Shown piece by piece: positions 47,176-57,487 of a DNA stretch of 64,000 nt. Position numbers and translations under genes: made by a program. The stretch covers positions 161,119 through 225,118 of the forward strand of contig CBDFJZ010000007.1 of assembly GCA_965248675.1 (NCBI GenBank), given 5' to 3'. The DNA comes from Dehalococcoidia bacterium (GTDB lineage Bacteria > Chloroflexota > Dehalococcoidia > UBA2979). How positions within the stretch are numbered: the stretch's first letter is position 1; every line of letters starts with the position of its first letter. Under the pieces are notes generated by a model that was not told the origin of the DNA, did no database searches, and worked only from the letters and a program-made list of their open reading frames with translations.

Positions 47176-48393
47176 GTGGGGACCGTGGTGCTGGATAAGC
47201 CAACGACGCCGAAACCGAGCAACGAGGAACTCGAGCGGATGGCGGCGCAGCCGAAATCGCTCGACCACAGCTACGGGTTCGATGACGTGGCGATCGTGCC
47301 GGGCGCGGTGACGACGAACCCCGATCTCGTCGAACCAACCTTTGCGCTGGGCGAGCACACGTTCCGGACGCCGATCATCGCATCTTCGATGGACGGCGTG
47401 GTCGACCCGAAGTTCGCGGTGACGATGACCCAGCTCGGCGGGATGGCGGCGCTGAACCTGGACGGCGTGTGGACGCGGTACGAGGACGCCTACGCCGTCC
47501 TGGAGGAGATCGCGGCGGCGAGCATCGAGGACGCGACGGCGACGATTCAGCGCATCTACAGCGAGCCGGTCAAGGAGCACCTGGTCGGCCAGCGGGTCGA
47601 GGAGATCAAGGCCGGCGGCGGGATTACGATCGTAGCGGGCACTCCGCAGAACACGAAGAAGTTCGCGCCGATCACGAAGGACGCCGGGACCGACTACTTC
47701 GTCGTCGCGTCTACCGTCACGACGGCGCGACATGTCTCCAGCTCGCTGAAGGGGCTGCGGCTCGACGAGCTGGTGGAGCAGATGGACGGGGTGCCGATCC
47801 TGGTCGGCAACACCGTCGACTTTCACGCGACGCTGGAGCTGATGGAGACCGGCATCCACGGGGTGCTCGTGGGCGTTGGGCCGGGCGCGGCCTGCACGTC
47901 TCGCGAGGTGCTGGGGATCGGGATGCCGCAGGTGAGCGCGACGATCGAGACCGCGTATGCGCGCGACGTGTACTTCGAACGGACGGGGCGCTACGTCCCG
48001 ATCATCACCGACGGCGGCCTGCGCACCGGCGGCGACGTGTCGAAGTCGATCTGCGCCGGCGCCGACGCGGTGATGATCGGCTCGCCTTTCGCGAGCTGCG
48101 AGGGCGCTCCTGGACGCGGCTTCCACTGGGGCATGGCGACGCCGCACGCGGCGCTACCTCGAGGCGTGCGCGTGGAGGTAGGACAGACGCACACGGTGGA
48201 GAAGCTGCTGTTCGGGCCGACCTCGAAGACCGACGGGACGGAGAACCTGGTCGGCGCGCTGACGACGTCGATGGCGACGTGCGGTGCGCAGACGATCAAG
48301 GAGTTCCACGACGCGCGGATGATCATTGCGCCCTCGATCAAGACGGAGGGGAAGATCTATCAGATCGCGCAGACTCGCCCGGCTGGGGTCTAG
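47176..48393 (+). CDS. GuaB3-like IMP dehydrogenase-family protein (no CBS insert)
   Basis: FDDVAIVPG, SSMDGV, GVGPGAACTSREV, ITDGGLRTGGDVSKSICAGADAVMIGS. The start is uncertain (GTG 47176 or ATG 47239). Confidence 0.85.
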   Translation: MGTVVLDKPTTPKPSNEELERMAAQPKSLDHSYGFDDVAIVPGAVTTNPDLVEPTFALGEHTFRTPIIASSMDGVVDPKFAVTMTQLGGMAALNLDGVWTRYEDAYAVLEEIAAASIEDATATIQRIYSEPVKEHLVGQRVEEIKAGGGITIVAGTPQNTKKFAPITKDAGTDYFVVASTVTTARHVSSSLKGLRLDELVEQMDGVPILVGNTVDFHATLELMETGIHGVLVGVGPGAACTSREVLGIGMPQVSATIETAYARDVYFERTGRYVPIITDGGLRTGGDVSKSICAGADAVMIGSPFASCEGAPGRGFHWGMATPHAALPRGVRVEVGQTHTVEKLLFGPTSKTDGTENLVGALTTSMATCGAQTIKEFHDARMIIAPSIKTEGKIYQIAQTRPAGV

Positions 48394-48554
48394 CCACTCC
48401 CGGCGTGCATCCGCCAACTCCGCCTTTCTTACGTCGCTGCGCGATAGGCCTTCTCTGCGCCCGCTACGAGACCGGTTTTTCGCTATGTCGCTACGCGTCA
48501 GGTGTCTGCTGGTAGTTGAGAACGGCTGGCTGCTTCTTGTCGGAGGTAGTCCGG

Positions 48555-48755
48555 CGAGCCGAACCAAGGTTCAGGGGAGCTCCGCTCCCCTGCGACCCCT
48601 CGCCGGGGGACTTGCAGTCCCCCGAGCCCCCTCGCAAGCCGGGGCTGCGCACGTTTATTTCGAACGCTCGTGGCGGCAGTTGCGGAATTGGGCCGAGCTT
48701 GACAGAGGGTGCACTGAGGACTTGCTGCTGACCGGGGCGTTCGCCCCGGGCGCGT
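48555..48755 (+). repeat. interspersed three-hairpin element, copy E6 (A+B)
   Basis: GAGCCGAACC..GGGGAGC-tcc-GCTCCCCTGCGACCCCTCGCCGGGGGAC-ttgca-GTCCCCCGAGCCCCCTCGCAAGCCG ... CTGACCGGGGC-gttc-GCCCCGGGCGCG. Confidence 0.9.
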
Positions 48756-49035
48756 GGCCCTTGTGCGCGGAGCGGACCCGGGCCCGATCTTCGGCGGGAG
48801 TTGGTGGCGCACCTCGCCGATTTGATCGGCGCTAGGCCGACGGTGCTGTGAGCCCAGCGAGCGGAGGCGCGTGTGCCCGCGCGTGGCCTCGGGAGTAGCG
48901 GGACCGGTAGGTGCGTGATTGGACGGGGAGCGGGCCGCGCCAGAGGTGGCGCGAGGTGAGCGCGTAGATCGCGTCTGGGTCCGCGTTGAGGACCTCGACC
49001 CGGAGGTCAACCTCGAAGGGTCGTTCGACGGGGCT

Positions 49036-49629
49036 CTAGAAGCCCGCGCGCACCTCCCCGTCGTCGACCGCGACGCGGAGCTTGACCGGCCACGGGAAGT
49101 CATTGCGGAAGCGGCGATCGATGTAGCCGTACTCGATGGTGGTGTCACGGCCGAGCTCGTAGTAGCACTGGTCGCCGTAGGTATCGACGCTGTGCTGAGT
49201 CCGTTCGACGACCTCGAGACCCGCGAGCAGGCCAGCGTTGAAGACGACGGTGGACACGAGGCAGGTCGAGCCGCCGACGGCGGTCGTCAGTTCGCCGTCG
49301 ACGATCGCGGCAGCTTCGCCGTAGCCCTTCGCGCGCGTGGGCGCCCCGGCGAGCCGCCAGAGTGACCACACTTCGCCAGGGCGGATGACGGAACCGTCGA
49401 GGGCTTCGACAAGGAGGGCGGAGTTTCGGTATTCGACCTCGGAGGCGGCTTCCTGGGCGGGGTAGACGGTCAGCGGCAGGGCGTAGTCGCCGAGCGAGTG
49501 TTCCGCGTCTAGCGGCACACGCTTCGACGCGAACCGGTCGCCGGAGGCCAGGTCACGTGCGCCGCGGCGCCACACGGCGAGCGCCAGGCGGATGGAACGG
49601 GGAACGGCGGTGCGAAGCCAGTGACGCAT
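49036..49629 (-). CDS. VanW-like protein
   Basis: GYGEAAAIVDGELTTAVGGSTCLVSTVVFNAGLLAGLEVVERTQHS matches the VanW core pattern (GY..a..i..g....GGG.CQ.S....N....g....R..Hs). Confidence 0.7.
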   Translation of the reverse strand: MRHWLRTAVPRSIRLALAVWRRGARDLASGDRFASKRVPLDAEHSLGDYALPLTVYPAQEAASEVEYRNSALLVEALDGSVIRPGEVWSLWRLAGAPTRAKGYGEAAAIVDGELTTAVGGSTCLVSTVVFNAGLLAGLEVVERTQHSVDTYGDQCYYELGRDTTIEYGYIDRRFRNDFPWPVKLRVAVDDGEVRAGF

Positions 49630-49797
49630 GGCAGCCTCCTGTGGTGCCGTAACGAACGCAGGTCGCTTCTGGTTCCATGGAGCTGTTCGCGAACCGCGGT
49701 TGCCTACCGAGGGTGAGTAGCTTCAGACTGCGACGGACTGACGCTGTTTTCGAGGCGCCCAGCAGACGGCAACCAACTCCTTGTTGATCGATGTGCC

Positions 49798-50028
49798 GGA
49801 GAGCCGAACCCATGATCAGGGGAGCTCCAACTCAGAGGATCGCCCTACCGGGCGAGGGCTCCCCTGCGACCCCTCGCCGGGGGACTTGCAGTCCCCCACG
49901 CCCCTCGCAAGCCGGCACCGCGCAGTCTGTCAACGACCGTTACGCGGCGGCGGTCGCAACCGCCTTCGAAGCTGAGTGATGGTGCAGCGAGGGATTGTGG
50001 TTGACCGGGGCATTCGCCCCGGGCGCGA
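49798..50028 (+). repeat. interspersed three-hairpin element, copy E7 (A+B, with a ~32-nt insertion in the loop of hairpin 1)
   Basis: GGGGAGC-[tccaactcagaggatcgccctaccgggcgagg]-GCTCCCCTGCGACCCCTCGCCGGGGGAC-ttgca-GTCCCCC..CCCCTCGCAAGCCG ... TTGACCGGGGC-attc-GCCCCGGGCGCG. Confidence 0.85.
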
Positions 50029-50066
50029 AACTGGTTCGGTACGCGATGTCTTTCCGGGAAAGAGAG

Positions 50067-50963
50067 CTACGCGACGGGGTATCCCACGCGGACCTCGACG
50101 ACGCGTCTGATACCGCGGAGGTCGCGGTGCATGCGCACCTCGGCGGTGGCAGGACGGCCGAGGGCTTCGAGGAGCAGGTCCTCGACGAACCCCGCCTGGC
50201 CGGCGCCGACCTCGCAGAGGACGGCGTACGCGTCATCCACGAGGTGCTCCGGTAGTTGCGAGGCGAAGCGGCGGTACAGATCGAGGCCGTCCTCGCCGCC
50301 GTCGACGGCAAACGCTGGCTCATGGGCGCGGATTTCGTCTGGGAGGGCGTGGAATTCTTCTGTGGGGACGTAGGGGAGGTTGGCGAGGAAGACGTCGAGC
50401 GGCTCGCTGAGGGGGTCGAGGAGGTCGCCGGTGAGGAGGATGACGCGCTCGATCGGGCCGAGGCGCTTGCGGTTATTGCCAGCCCATTGGAGGGCGGCGG
50501 TGGAGGAGTCGACGGCGAACATTCTGGCCTCGGGGGAGTGGCGGGCGACGGCTATGGCGACGGCACCGCTGCCGGTACCGATGTCGGCGACGCGCACCAG
50601 ACGGCCGGCGCGGGGGTGCTCTCGGATGGCGGCGAGGCCAGCCTCGACCAGCGTCTCCGTCTCCGGGCGCGGGACGAGCGCGCCTTCGCCAACTTCGAAG
50701 GTGAGGCCGTAGAACTCGCGCCTTCCGAGGATGTAGGCGAGCGGCTCATGGGCGATGCGGCGGGCGAGCAGCGCCTCGAAGCGCTCGTTGGCCCCGGGAT
50801 CGGCGTCATGGCCGCCGGCGGCGATCACGTGCGCGCGGTCGAGGCCGGCCGCCTCACCGTAGAGGAGCTCGACCTCGAGGCGGGCTTCGTCGAGGTCGTC
50901 GGCCGCGGCGACCTCGAGCAGCCGGTCGGCGGCGTCCTGGAGCTGATCGCGGAGGCGGCTCAC
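50067..50963 (-). CDS. prmC: release-factor glutamine N5-methyltransferase PrmC/HemK
   Basis: SAM site VADIGTGSGAVAIAVA and substrate motif NLPYV (an NPPY variant). GTG start at 50963. Confidence 0.85.
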   Translation of the reverse strand: MSRLRDQLQDAADRLLEVAAADDLDEARLEVELLYGEAAGLDRAHVIAAGGHDADPGANERFEALLARRIAHEPLAYILGRREFYGLTFEVGEGALVPRPETETLVEAGLAAIREHPRAGRLVRVADIGTGSGAVAIAVARHSPEARMFAVDSSTAALQWAGNNRKRLGPIERVILLTGDLLDPLSEPLDVFLANLPYVPTEEFHALPDEIRAHEPAFAVDGGEDGLDLYRRFASQLPEHLVDDAYAVLCEVGAGQAGFVEDLLLEALGRPATAEVRMHRDLRGIRRVVEVRVGYPVA

Positions 50964-51096
50964 GAGGCAGCTTCGCGCTGAGCTCTTGTTAATGCGCTCA
51001 CGAGGACGTCTCGCGCTGGGCTCTTGTTAATGCGCTCACGAGGACGTCTCGCGCTGGGCTCTTGTTAATGCGCTCACGAGGACGTCTCGCGCTGGG
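50959..51096. repeat. 38-bp tandem repeat, ~3.6 units, spanning the trmH-remnant stop and the prmC start
   Basis: Units start at 50959, 50997, 51035 and 51073 (CTCACGAGGACGTCTCGCGCTGGGCTCTTGTTAATGCG). The unit nearest prmC is diverged and the last unit is the genuine 3' end of the trmH-like gene. Confidence 0.95.
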
Positions 51097-51608
51097 CGAC
51101 CAGCTCGTAGAGGACGAGTGCGGTGGCGACGGCGAGGTTGAGCGAGTCGGCGGTGCCGAGCATCGGGATCGCGACCGTCCGGTCGCAGAACTCGCGCTGC
51201 TCCGGCGAAAGACCTTCGCGCTCGCTGCCCATCAGGACGACAGACCTCGAACCGTAGTCCGCACCTCGGTACGGCGTCTCCGCTCCGGCGGCCGCGCCGA
51301 CGACCGTGGCGCCCTCGCGACGGGCCCAGGCGGCGAACGAGACCCAGTCCGCGCGGACCAGGCGGCGCGTGAAGACGGCGCCGGTGCTGGCGCGGAGGGC
51401 GGTGGGGTCGTGGGTCGGCCGAGGCCTCGAGGAGGATGACGCCGACAGCGCCTGCCGCATCGCAGGTGCGGAGGATCGTGCCGAGGTTGCCGGGATCGGC
51501 GACCGAAGTGAGGGCGACCCAGCGGTCGCCATCCTCGAGCCGGAGGTCGTCGAGGGCGTCCCAGCGCTGGCGCACGGCGGGCGCTGGCCGTTTTCGGGGC
51601 TTGGGCAC
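51074..51608 (-). pseudogene. SpoU/TrmH-family RNA 2'-O-methyltransferase remnant (frameshifted, probably 5'-truncated)
   Basis: Motif 1 (DPGNLGTILRTCDAAGAVGVILLE) lies in the frame of ORF 51036..51608. Motifs 2/3 (VVLMGSEREGLS, IPMLGTADSLNLAVATALVLYE) lie in the frame of ORF 51074..51949. The frames switch near 51410-51425, and an in-frame stop lies just upstream of 51626. Confidence 0.7.
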
Positions 51609-51820
51609 CGCCAGACGGCATCGACATCAAGGGCTTCTATCAGTACAGCGATGGCAGTGGAGGGTTCACGATCTCTGAGGCCGATGACGCTGCTGCCCTG
51701 GCGCGGGGCGTGGCTGCCTTCACGCCGTGGGTCGACTTTACGATCAGTCCGATCGTCAGCGTCGAAGAAGCAACCGCGATCAGCCAGGAGGCGATCGAGT
51801 TCCGAGCAAGCGTCTCGTAG
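51602..51820 (+). pseudogene. C-terminal fragment of a DUF3303-like small protein
   Basis: WAPPDGIDIKGFYQYSDGSGGFTISEADDAAALARGVAAFTPWVDFTISPIVSVEEA... is protein-like and DUF3303-like. No start codon or N-terminal part is present. It abuts the opposite-strand trmH remnant. Confidence 0.45.
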
Positions 51821-51887
51821 AGCTGCCCCGCGGCCGTCGACCGGAGAGGCGCCCGGCGAGGGCCTCACCCGGTCACGGGGTGGAGTG

Positions 51888-52952
<1,065 letters not shown>

Positions 52953-53149
52953 GGGGTCAGGGTAGCAGCGCTCCGGGGTAGCGCCTCCGGGGTCAACGGG
53001 CCCCCCGGCAGGGGATGACTGGTTCGTGAGTCCCCGCTCCGGCAGCGCTACTATCACGCTGCGAATACTGACGGCGCTGCGCGCCTGGCGCGGGCTCGAC
53101 GCATGCAACAGGGCAGGGGATCGAGCGTGGGTAGCTGGCGGAGCGTCCG

Positions 53150-54532
53150 GTGACCGCGACTCGAGGCCCGGCGGCGCTCGCGTCGAGGCTCGGATCGCGG
53201 GTGTTCTACGGCTGGTGGATCGTCGGGTCGGGGTTCCTCGTGAATACCGCCAACGGCGCGCTGGTGTTCCACGCGTTCGGCGCCTACGTGGTCCTGCTGG
53301 AGGATGAATTCGGCTGGAACCGCACCGCCTTCGCGATCGCCTTCGCGCTGCAGCGGGTCGAGAGCGGGCTGCTCGGACCCGTCGAGGGCTGGGCAATCGA
53401 CCGGTTCGGGCCGAGAAAGGTGATGATGACCGGGGTGGTGATTTTCGCCGCCGGCTTCTTCGCGTTCAGTCAGGTCAACTCGATCGCCACCTTCTACGGC
53501 GCGTTCCTGCTGATCGCGCTCGGCTCGGCGCTGGGCTCATTCCTCCCGGTGACCGTGGCCGTCGTGAACTGGTTCAACGCCCGGCGTGCACTGGCGCTGG
53601 CGATGGTGTCGATGGGGTTCGCCGCTGGTGGCCTGGTCCAACCGGGCGTGGTCGCCCTGCTGGAGGCGATCGGATGGCGCCAGATGGCCGTCGTCTCCGG
53701 GTTATTCATCCTCGTGGCGGGCCTACCCCTCGCCACGCTCGTCCGGCATCGCCCCGAGGACTACGGGATGCGCCCCGACGGCGCGGCGATCGCGGACGAG
53801 GAGGCGGCTGAGGCGACCGGGTTCACGGCTCGTCAGGCGCTGCACACGCGTGCGTTCTGGTTCATCGCTCTCGGCCACGGGGCCTCGTTGCTGGTGCTGG
53901 GCGCAGTGATGGTGCACTTCGTCGCCCATGTCGAGGACCTTGGCTACTCACTCGGCTATGCAGCGACCATGATCATGGTGATGACGATCTCGATGGTGAT
54001 CGGGCAGACGTTCATCGGTGGCCTGCTGGGCGACCGGATCAACAAGCGGGTGACGATCGTGATCGCGCTGTTCGGGCATTCGATCGCGCTGATGCTCCTG
54101 GCGTATGCCACCAGCCAACTGATGATCATCGGCTTCGTGGTGATCAATGGCCTGGCGGTGGGGACCCGCGGACCGCTGATCCAGGCGATCCGGGCGGACT
54201 ACTTCGGCCGGCAGTCGTTCGGGACGATCATGGGCTTCTCGTCGCTGGTGATGATGGGCGGCATGATCGCGGGTCCAGTGATAGCGGGAATCTCGTACGA
54301 CACGACCGGCTCGTACGAGTTCGGCTTCACCCTGCTGGCGATCCTGGCCTCGTTCGGCTCGCTGTTCTTCGTGTTCGCCACCAAGCCCGTGCTGCCTGAG
54401 CCCGCGGCTGTCCCGGAGCCGCCGCGCGCGACGGTTCCTCCGGTCGCTCCGACCGCGGCCGTTTCGCGCTCCGTCGCGAGCGCTGAGCCACCTGCTGTCG
54501 CGGGAGGCCGTTCCGCCGCGCGCGACCGCTAG
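53150..54532 (+). CDS. MFS transporter (OFA / monocarboxylate-like, 12 TMS)
   Basis: Polytopic protein with a WAIDRFGPRKVMM loop motif between TM2 and TM3 and a Pro/Ala-rich C-terminal tail. Confidence 0.8.
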   Translation: MTATRGPAALASRLGSRVFYGWWIVGSGFLVNTANGALVFHAFGAYVVLLEDEFGWNRTAFAIAFALQRVESGLLGPVEGWAIDRFGPRKVMMTGVVIFAAGFFAFSQVNSIATFYGAFLLIALGSALGSFLPVTVAVVNWFNARRALALAMVSMGFAAGGLVQPGVVALLEAIGWRQMAVVSGLFILVAGLPLATLVRHRPEDYGMRPDGAAIADEEAAEATGFTARQALHTRAFWFIALGHGASLLVLGAVMVHFVAHVEDLGYSLGYAATMIMVMTISMVIGQTFIGGLLGDRINKRVTIVIALFGHSIALMLLAYATSQLMIIGFVVINGLAVGTRGPLIQAIRADYFGRQSFGTIMGFSSLVMMGGMIAGPVIAGISYDTTGSYEFGFTLLAILASFGSLFFVFATKPVLPEPAAVPEPPRATVPPVAPTAAVSRSVASAEPPAVAGGRSAARDR

Positions 54533-54644
54533 CGCGCGGGACGGTTGCGAGCCGGGCCAGGCCCGGGCAGCAGGGTGCACTCGACGCGACGATGGCCGGG
54601 ACCGGAGAAGCTGGGCCCGGCGTGGTCTGTCCGTTTCGGCTACG

Positions 54645-56114
54645 GTGCGCGGCAGGATGAACGCGGCAACCGCAGATCGACGTCGCTGGTTGGTCGCGGG
54701 GTGCGTCTCGCTCGGGCTGTTCTCCTCTGCGCTCGACCTCACGGTCAACGTCGCGCTGCCGACGATCGCCGATGCGTTCGAGACCGACATCTCCTCGCTG
54801 CAGTGGGTGATCATCGCGTTCGTGACGACGAGCACCGCGCTCGGCGTCAGCATGGGCAGCGCGGGCGACCGATTCGGCCTCGCGCGCTTCTTTCGGCTCG
54901 GCCTCCTGACCTATGCGGTGGCGATGCTGCTGCTCGGCCTCGCGCCGAACCTCGTCGTGCTGGTCGGTCTTCGTGTGCTGCAGGGGTTCGCGGCAGCGGC
55001 GGTGGTGTCGGTGGGGCCGGCGCTCGTGGCGCTCGCCTTCTCGGCGGGAGAGCGAGGGCGAGCGCTCGGGCTGATCGGCGGCACACAGGCGTTCGGTGGG
55101 GTCGCGGCCGGCTTCGCGGGCGGGGTGCTCGTCGAGACGTTCGGTTGGCCGGTGATCTTCTTCGCGCGGATCCCGTTTCTGATCGTCGCGCTGCTGCTCG
55201 CGTTCGTCGTGCTCGATGACGGCCGAACGAGGGAACGCGCCAGGCGGGCCGATGCGAGGTTCGATCTGCCCGGCGCACTCGCGCTGGCGATCGCCGTCGG
55301 CTCGCTGCTCGTCGGGCTCAACCTGCTGCGGGCGTCGGGCGTCGGCACCGCGCCGGCGGTGCTACTGCTCCTCGTGACGGTGGCGGCGGCTGCGCTCTTC
55401 GTTTACATCGAAGTGCGGGCGCCGTGGCCGGTGCTCGACCTTTCGCTGTTTCGGCGCCGGCCGTTCGCCGCCGCGTTTCTGACGCTGCTGTTCAACTCGC
55501 TCGGATCCTTCGTGATCTTTTTCATCTTCCCGTTCTTCGTGGCGGATGTGCTGGACCGCGGCGCGGCCACGTTGGGGTTCATGCTGGGCATGCAGGGGCT
55601 CTGCGGCGCCGGCTCGGCTCCTGTGGGTGGGTGGCTGGCGGACCGGCTGCCGCCTCAGCGCCTGGTGACGGCCGCGAGCGTGATGGTGGCGGGGGCGGTG
55701 CTGTGGATCAGCACCCTCGATGCGACGTCGACAGCGGTGGCGGCGACGCTTCCGCTTGCGCTCGCCGGGATTGGACAGGGGACGCTGCGTGCGGCAGCCC
55801 GCACGCTGGTCTTCAACAGCGTCCCTGAAGACCGGTTCGGCACCGCATCCGGGGCGCTGAACCTCGGAGGCAGCATGGGGCTGGTGCTGTCCGTCGCGGC
55901 CTTCACCGCCGTCTTCGCGACGCGGCTCGACAGCCACACCGCGCGGCTGCTGGCGCAAGGCCTGACCGATGCGGCGGCCGCCACCCCCGCGCACGTCGAG
56001 GCGTTCCGGGACACGTTCCGCCTCGGCACGGTCGTGGTGCTGATTGGAGTGGCAGCTTCGACGCTGGCGTGGCGACCGACGCGGCATGTCGCCGGCGAGA
56101 CCGCTACGCGCTAA
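54645..56114 (+). CDS. MFS transporter, DHA2 (EmrB/QacA-like, 14 TMS)
   Basis: LDLTVNVALPTIADAF..SLQWVI and GSAGDRFG motifs. The length fits the 14-TMS drug:H+ antiporter group. Confidence 0.8.
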   Translation: MRGRMNAATADRRRWLVAGCVSLGLFSSALDLTVNVALPTIADAFETDISSLQWVIIAFVTTSTALGVSMGSAGDRFGLARFFRLGLLTYAVAMLLLGLAPNLVVLVGLRVLQGFAAAAVVSVGPALVALAFSAGERGRALGLIGGTQAFGGVAAGFAGGVLVETFGWPVIFFARIPFLIVALLLAFVVLDDGRTRERARRADARFDLPGALALAIAVGSLLVGLNLLRASGVGTAPAVLLLLVTVAAAALFVYIEVRAPWPVLDLSLFRRRPFAAAFLTLLFNSLGSFVIFFIFPFFVADVLDRGAATLGFMLGMQGLCGAGSAPVGGWLADRLPPQRLVTAASVMVAGAVLWISTLDATSTAVAATLPLALAGIGQGTLRAAARTLVFNSVPEDRFGTASGALNLGGSMGLVLSVAAFTAVFATRLDSHTARLLAQGLTDAAAATPAHVEAFRDTFRLGTVVVLIGVAASTLAWRPTRHVAGETATR

Positions 56115-56123
56115 CGACAGACG

Positions 56124-57401
56124 TTAGGCGTCTCGGATGGCCCCTGCGACACCGGCAAACGGGACGGCGGTCTGGTCGCCTTCGGCGGCGAGGGGCTTGA
56201 CCTGGGCGACGCCCTCGGAGACCTCGCCGTCGCCGATGATGAGGGCGTAGCAGGCGTTCGAGCGGCCGGCGCTGCGGAGCTGGGCCTTGAGGGAGCGGCC
56301 GGGGGTGCCGTTGCGGATGCGAAGGCCCTCGGAGCGGAGTTGGGCGGCGAGTTTGAGGGCGGCGGCGGGGCCGGCCTCGCCGAGGGGGATGGTGACGGCG
56401 TCCGGGGGTGGGGGCGAGATGGCGTTGGCGAGGCCTCGGTCGCGGAGGTTGAGGGCGATGCGTTCGATGCCGGTCCCAAAGCCGGTCGCCGGCGTGGGCT
56501 GGCCACCGAGGAGCTGGATGAGGCCGTCGTAGCGGCCTCCGGCGCCGACGGCTGATTGGCTGCCCCCGTCGCGCGGTTCGAACTCCCAGACGGTGCGGGT
56601 GTAGTAGTCGAGGCCGCGGACGATGCGGGGGTCGACGACATAGGGGATGTCGAGGGCGTCGAGGTAGGCGCGCACTTCCTCGAAGTGCGCGCGGTCTTCG
56701 TCCTCGAGGTAGTCGAGGATTTCGGGGGCGGAGCGGACGGCCTCGTGAGCCTCGTCCTCCTTTGAGTCGAGGATGCGGAGGACGTTGGTGTCGAGGCGGC
56801 GCTGCGAGTCCCGGGAGAGGGTTTCGAGGTGGGGCGTGAAGTGGTCGCGCAGCGCCTCCTCGTAACGGCGTCGGGTCTCCGGGGTGCCGATCGAGTTGAT
56901 GCGGAGCGTGAGGTCGGTGAGGCCGAGTTCGGCGTAGAAGAATCGCTCGAGGTCGATCACCTCGACGTCCGCGGACGCGGAGGGGTCGCCGATCAACTCG
57001 ACGCCGAACTGCCAGAGCTGGCGATAGCGGCCGGCCTGGGGGCGGTCGTAGCGGAAGAAGGGGCCGAGGTACCAGAGGCGCAGCGGATGGGGGCGGCTGG
57101 CCATGCCGTGCTCGACATAAGCGCGGACGACGCCTGCCGTGCCCTCGGGGCGGAGGGCGATCCGATCGCCGCCTCGGTCGTCGAAGGCGTACATCTCCTT
57201 CGAGCCGATGTCGGATTCGGCGCCGACGGCGCGGAGGAAGACCCGTTCGTCCTCGACGATCGGGGTCACGATCTCGTGGTAGTCGTAGCGGGCGGCGGTG
57301 CGCTCCGCCGCCTCGCGGATGAAGCGCCAGAGCGGGGCGTCCTCCGGGAGGACGTCGTGCATGCCTCGCGGGGCGCGTAGGTTTGGCCTGGGGTCTGGCA
57401 T
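56124..57401 (-). CDS. hisS: histidine--tRNA ligase
   Basis: PRGMHDVLP, LRPEGTAGVVRAY, FRYDRPQAGRYRQLWQFGVE, GGGRYDGL (class II motifs), plus a C-terminal anticodon-binding domain. Confidence 0.95.
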   Translation of the reverse strand: MPDPRPNLRAPRGMHDVLPEDAPLWRFIREAAERTAARYDYHEIVTPIVEDERVFLRAVGAESDIGSKEMYAFDDRGGDRIALRPEGTAGVVRAYVEHGMASRPHPLRLWYLGPFFRYDRPQAGRYRQLWQFGVELIGDPSASADVEVIDLERFFYAELGLTDLTLRINSIGTPETRRRYEEALRDHFTPHLETLSRDSQRRLDTNVLRILDSKEDEAHEAVRSAPEILDYLEDEDRAHFEEVRAYLDALDIPYVVDPRIVRGLDYYTRTVWEFEPRDGGSQSAVGAGGRYDGLIQLLGGQPTPATGFGTGIERIALNLRDRGLANAISPPPPDAVTIPLGEAGPAAALKLAAQLRSEGLRIRNGTPGRSLKAQLRSAGRSNACYALIIGDGEVSEGVAQVKPLAAEGDQTAVPFAGVAGAIRDA

Positions 57402-57487
57402 GGGGTGAGTCTACGGACCGTGGGATCTGAGGGGCAATCGGAGGTTTCGGCGGTGCAGCCTGCTTTTCTCCGCCGCGGTAGGCGCTG

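Noticed and set aside
28209-50028. Possibility that the repeated hairpin elements form a CRISPR array.
   Set aside because: The copies are kilobases apart, separated by genes, ~200 nt long and modular. There are no regularly spaced short spacers and no cas genes.
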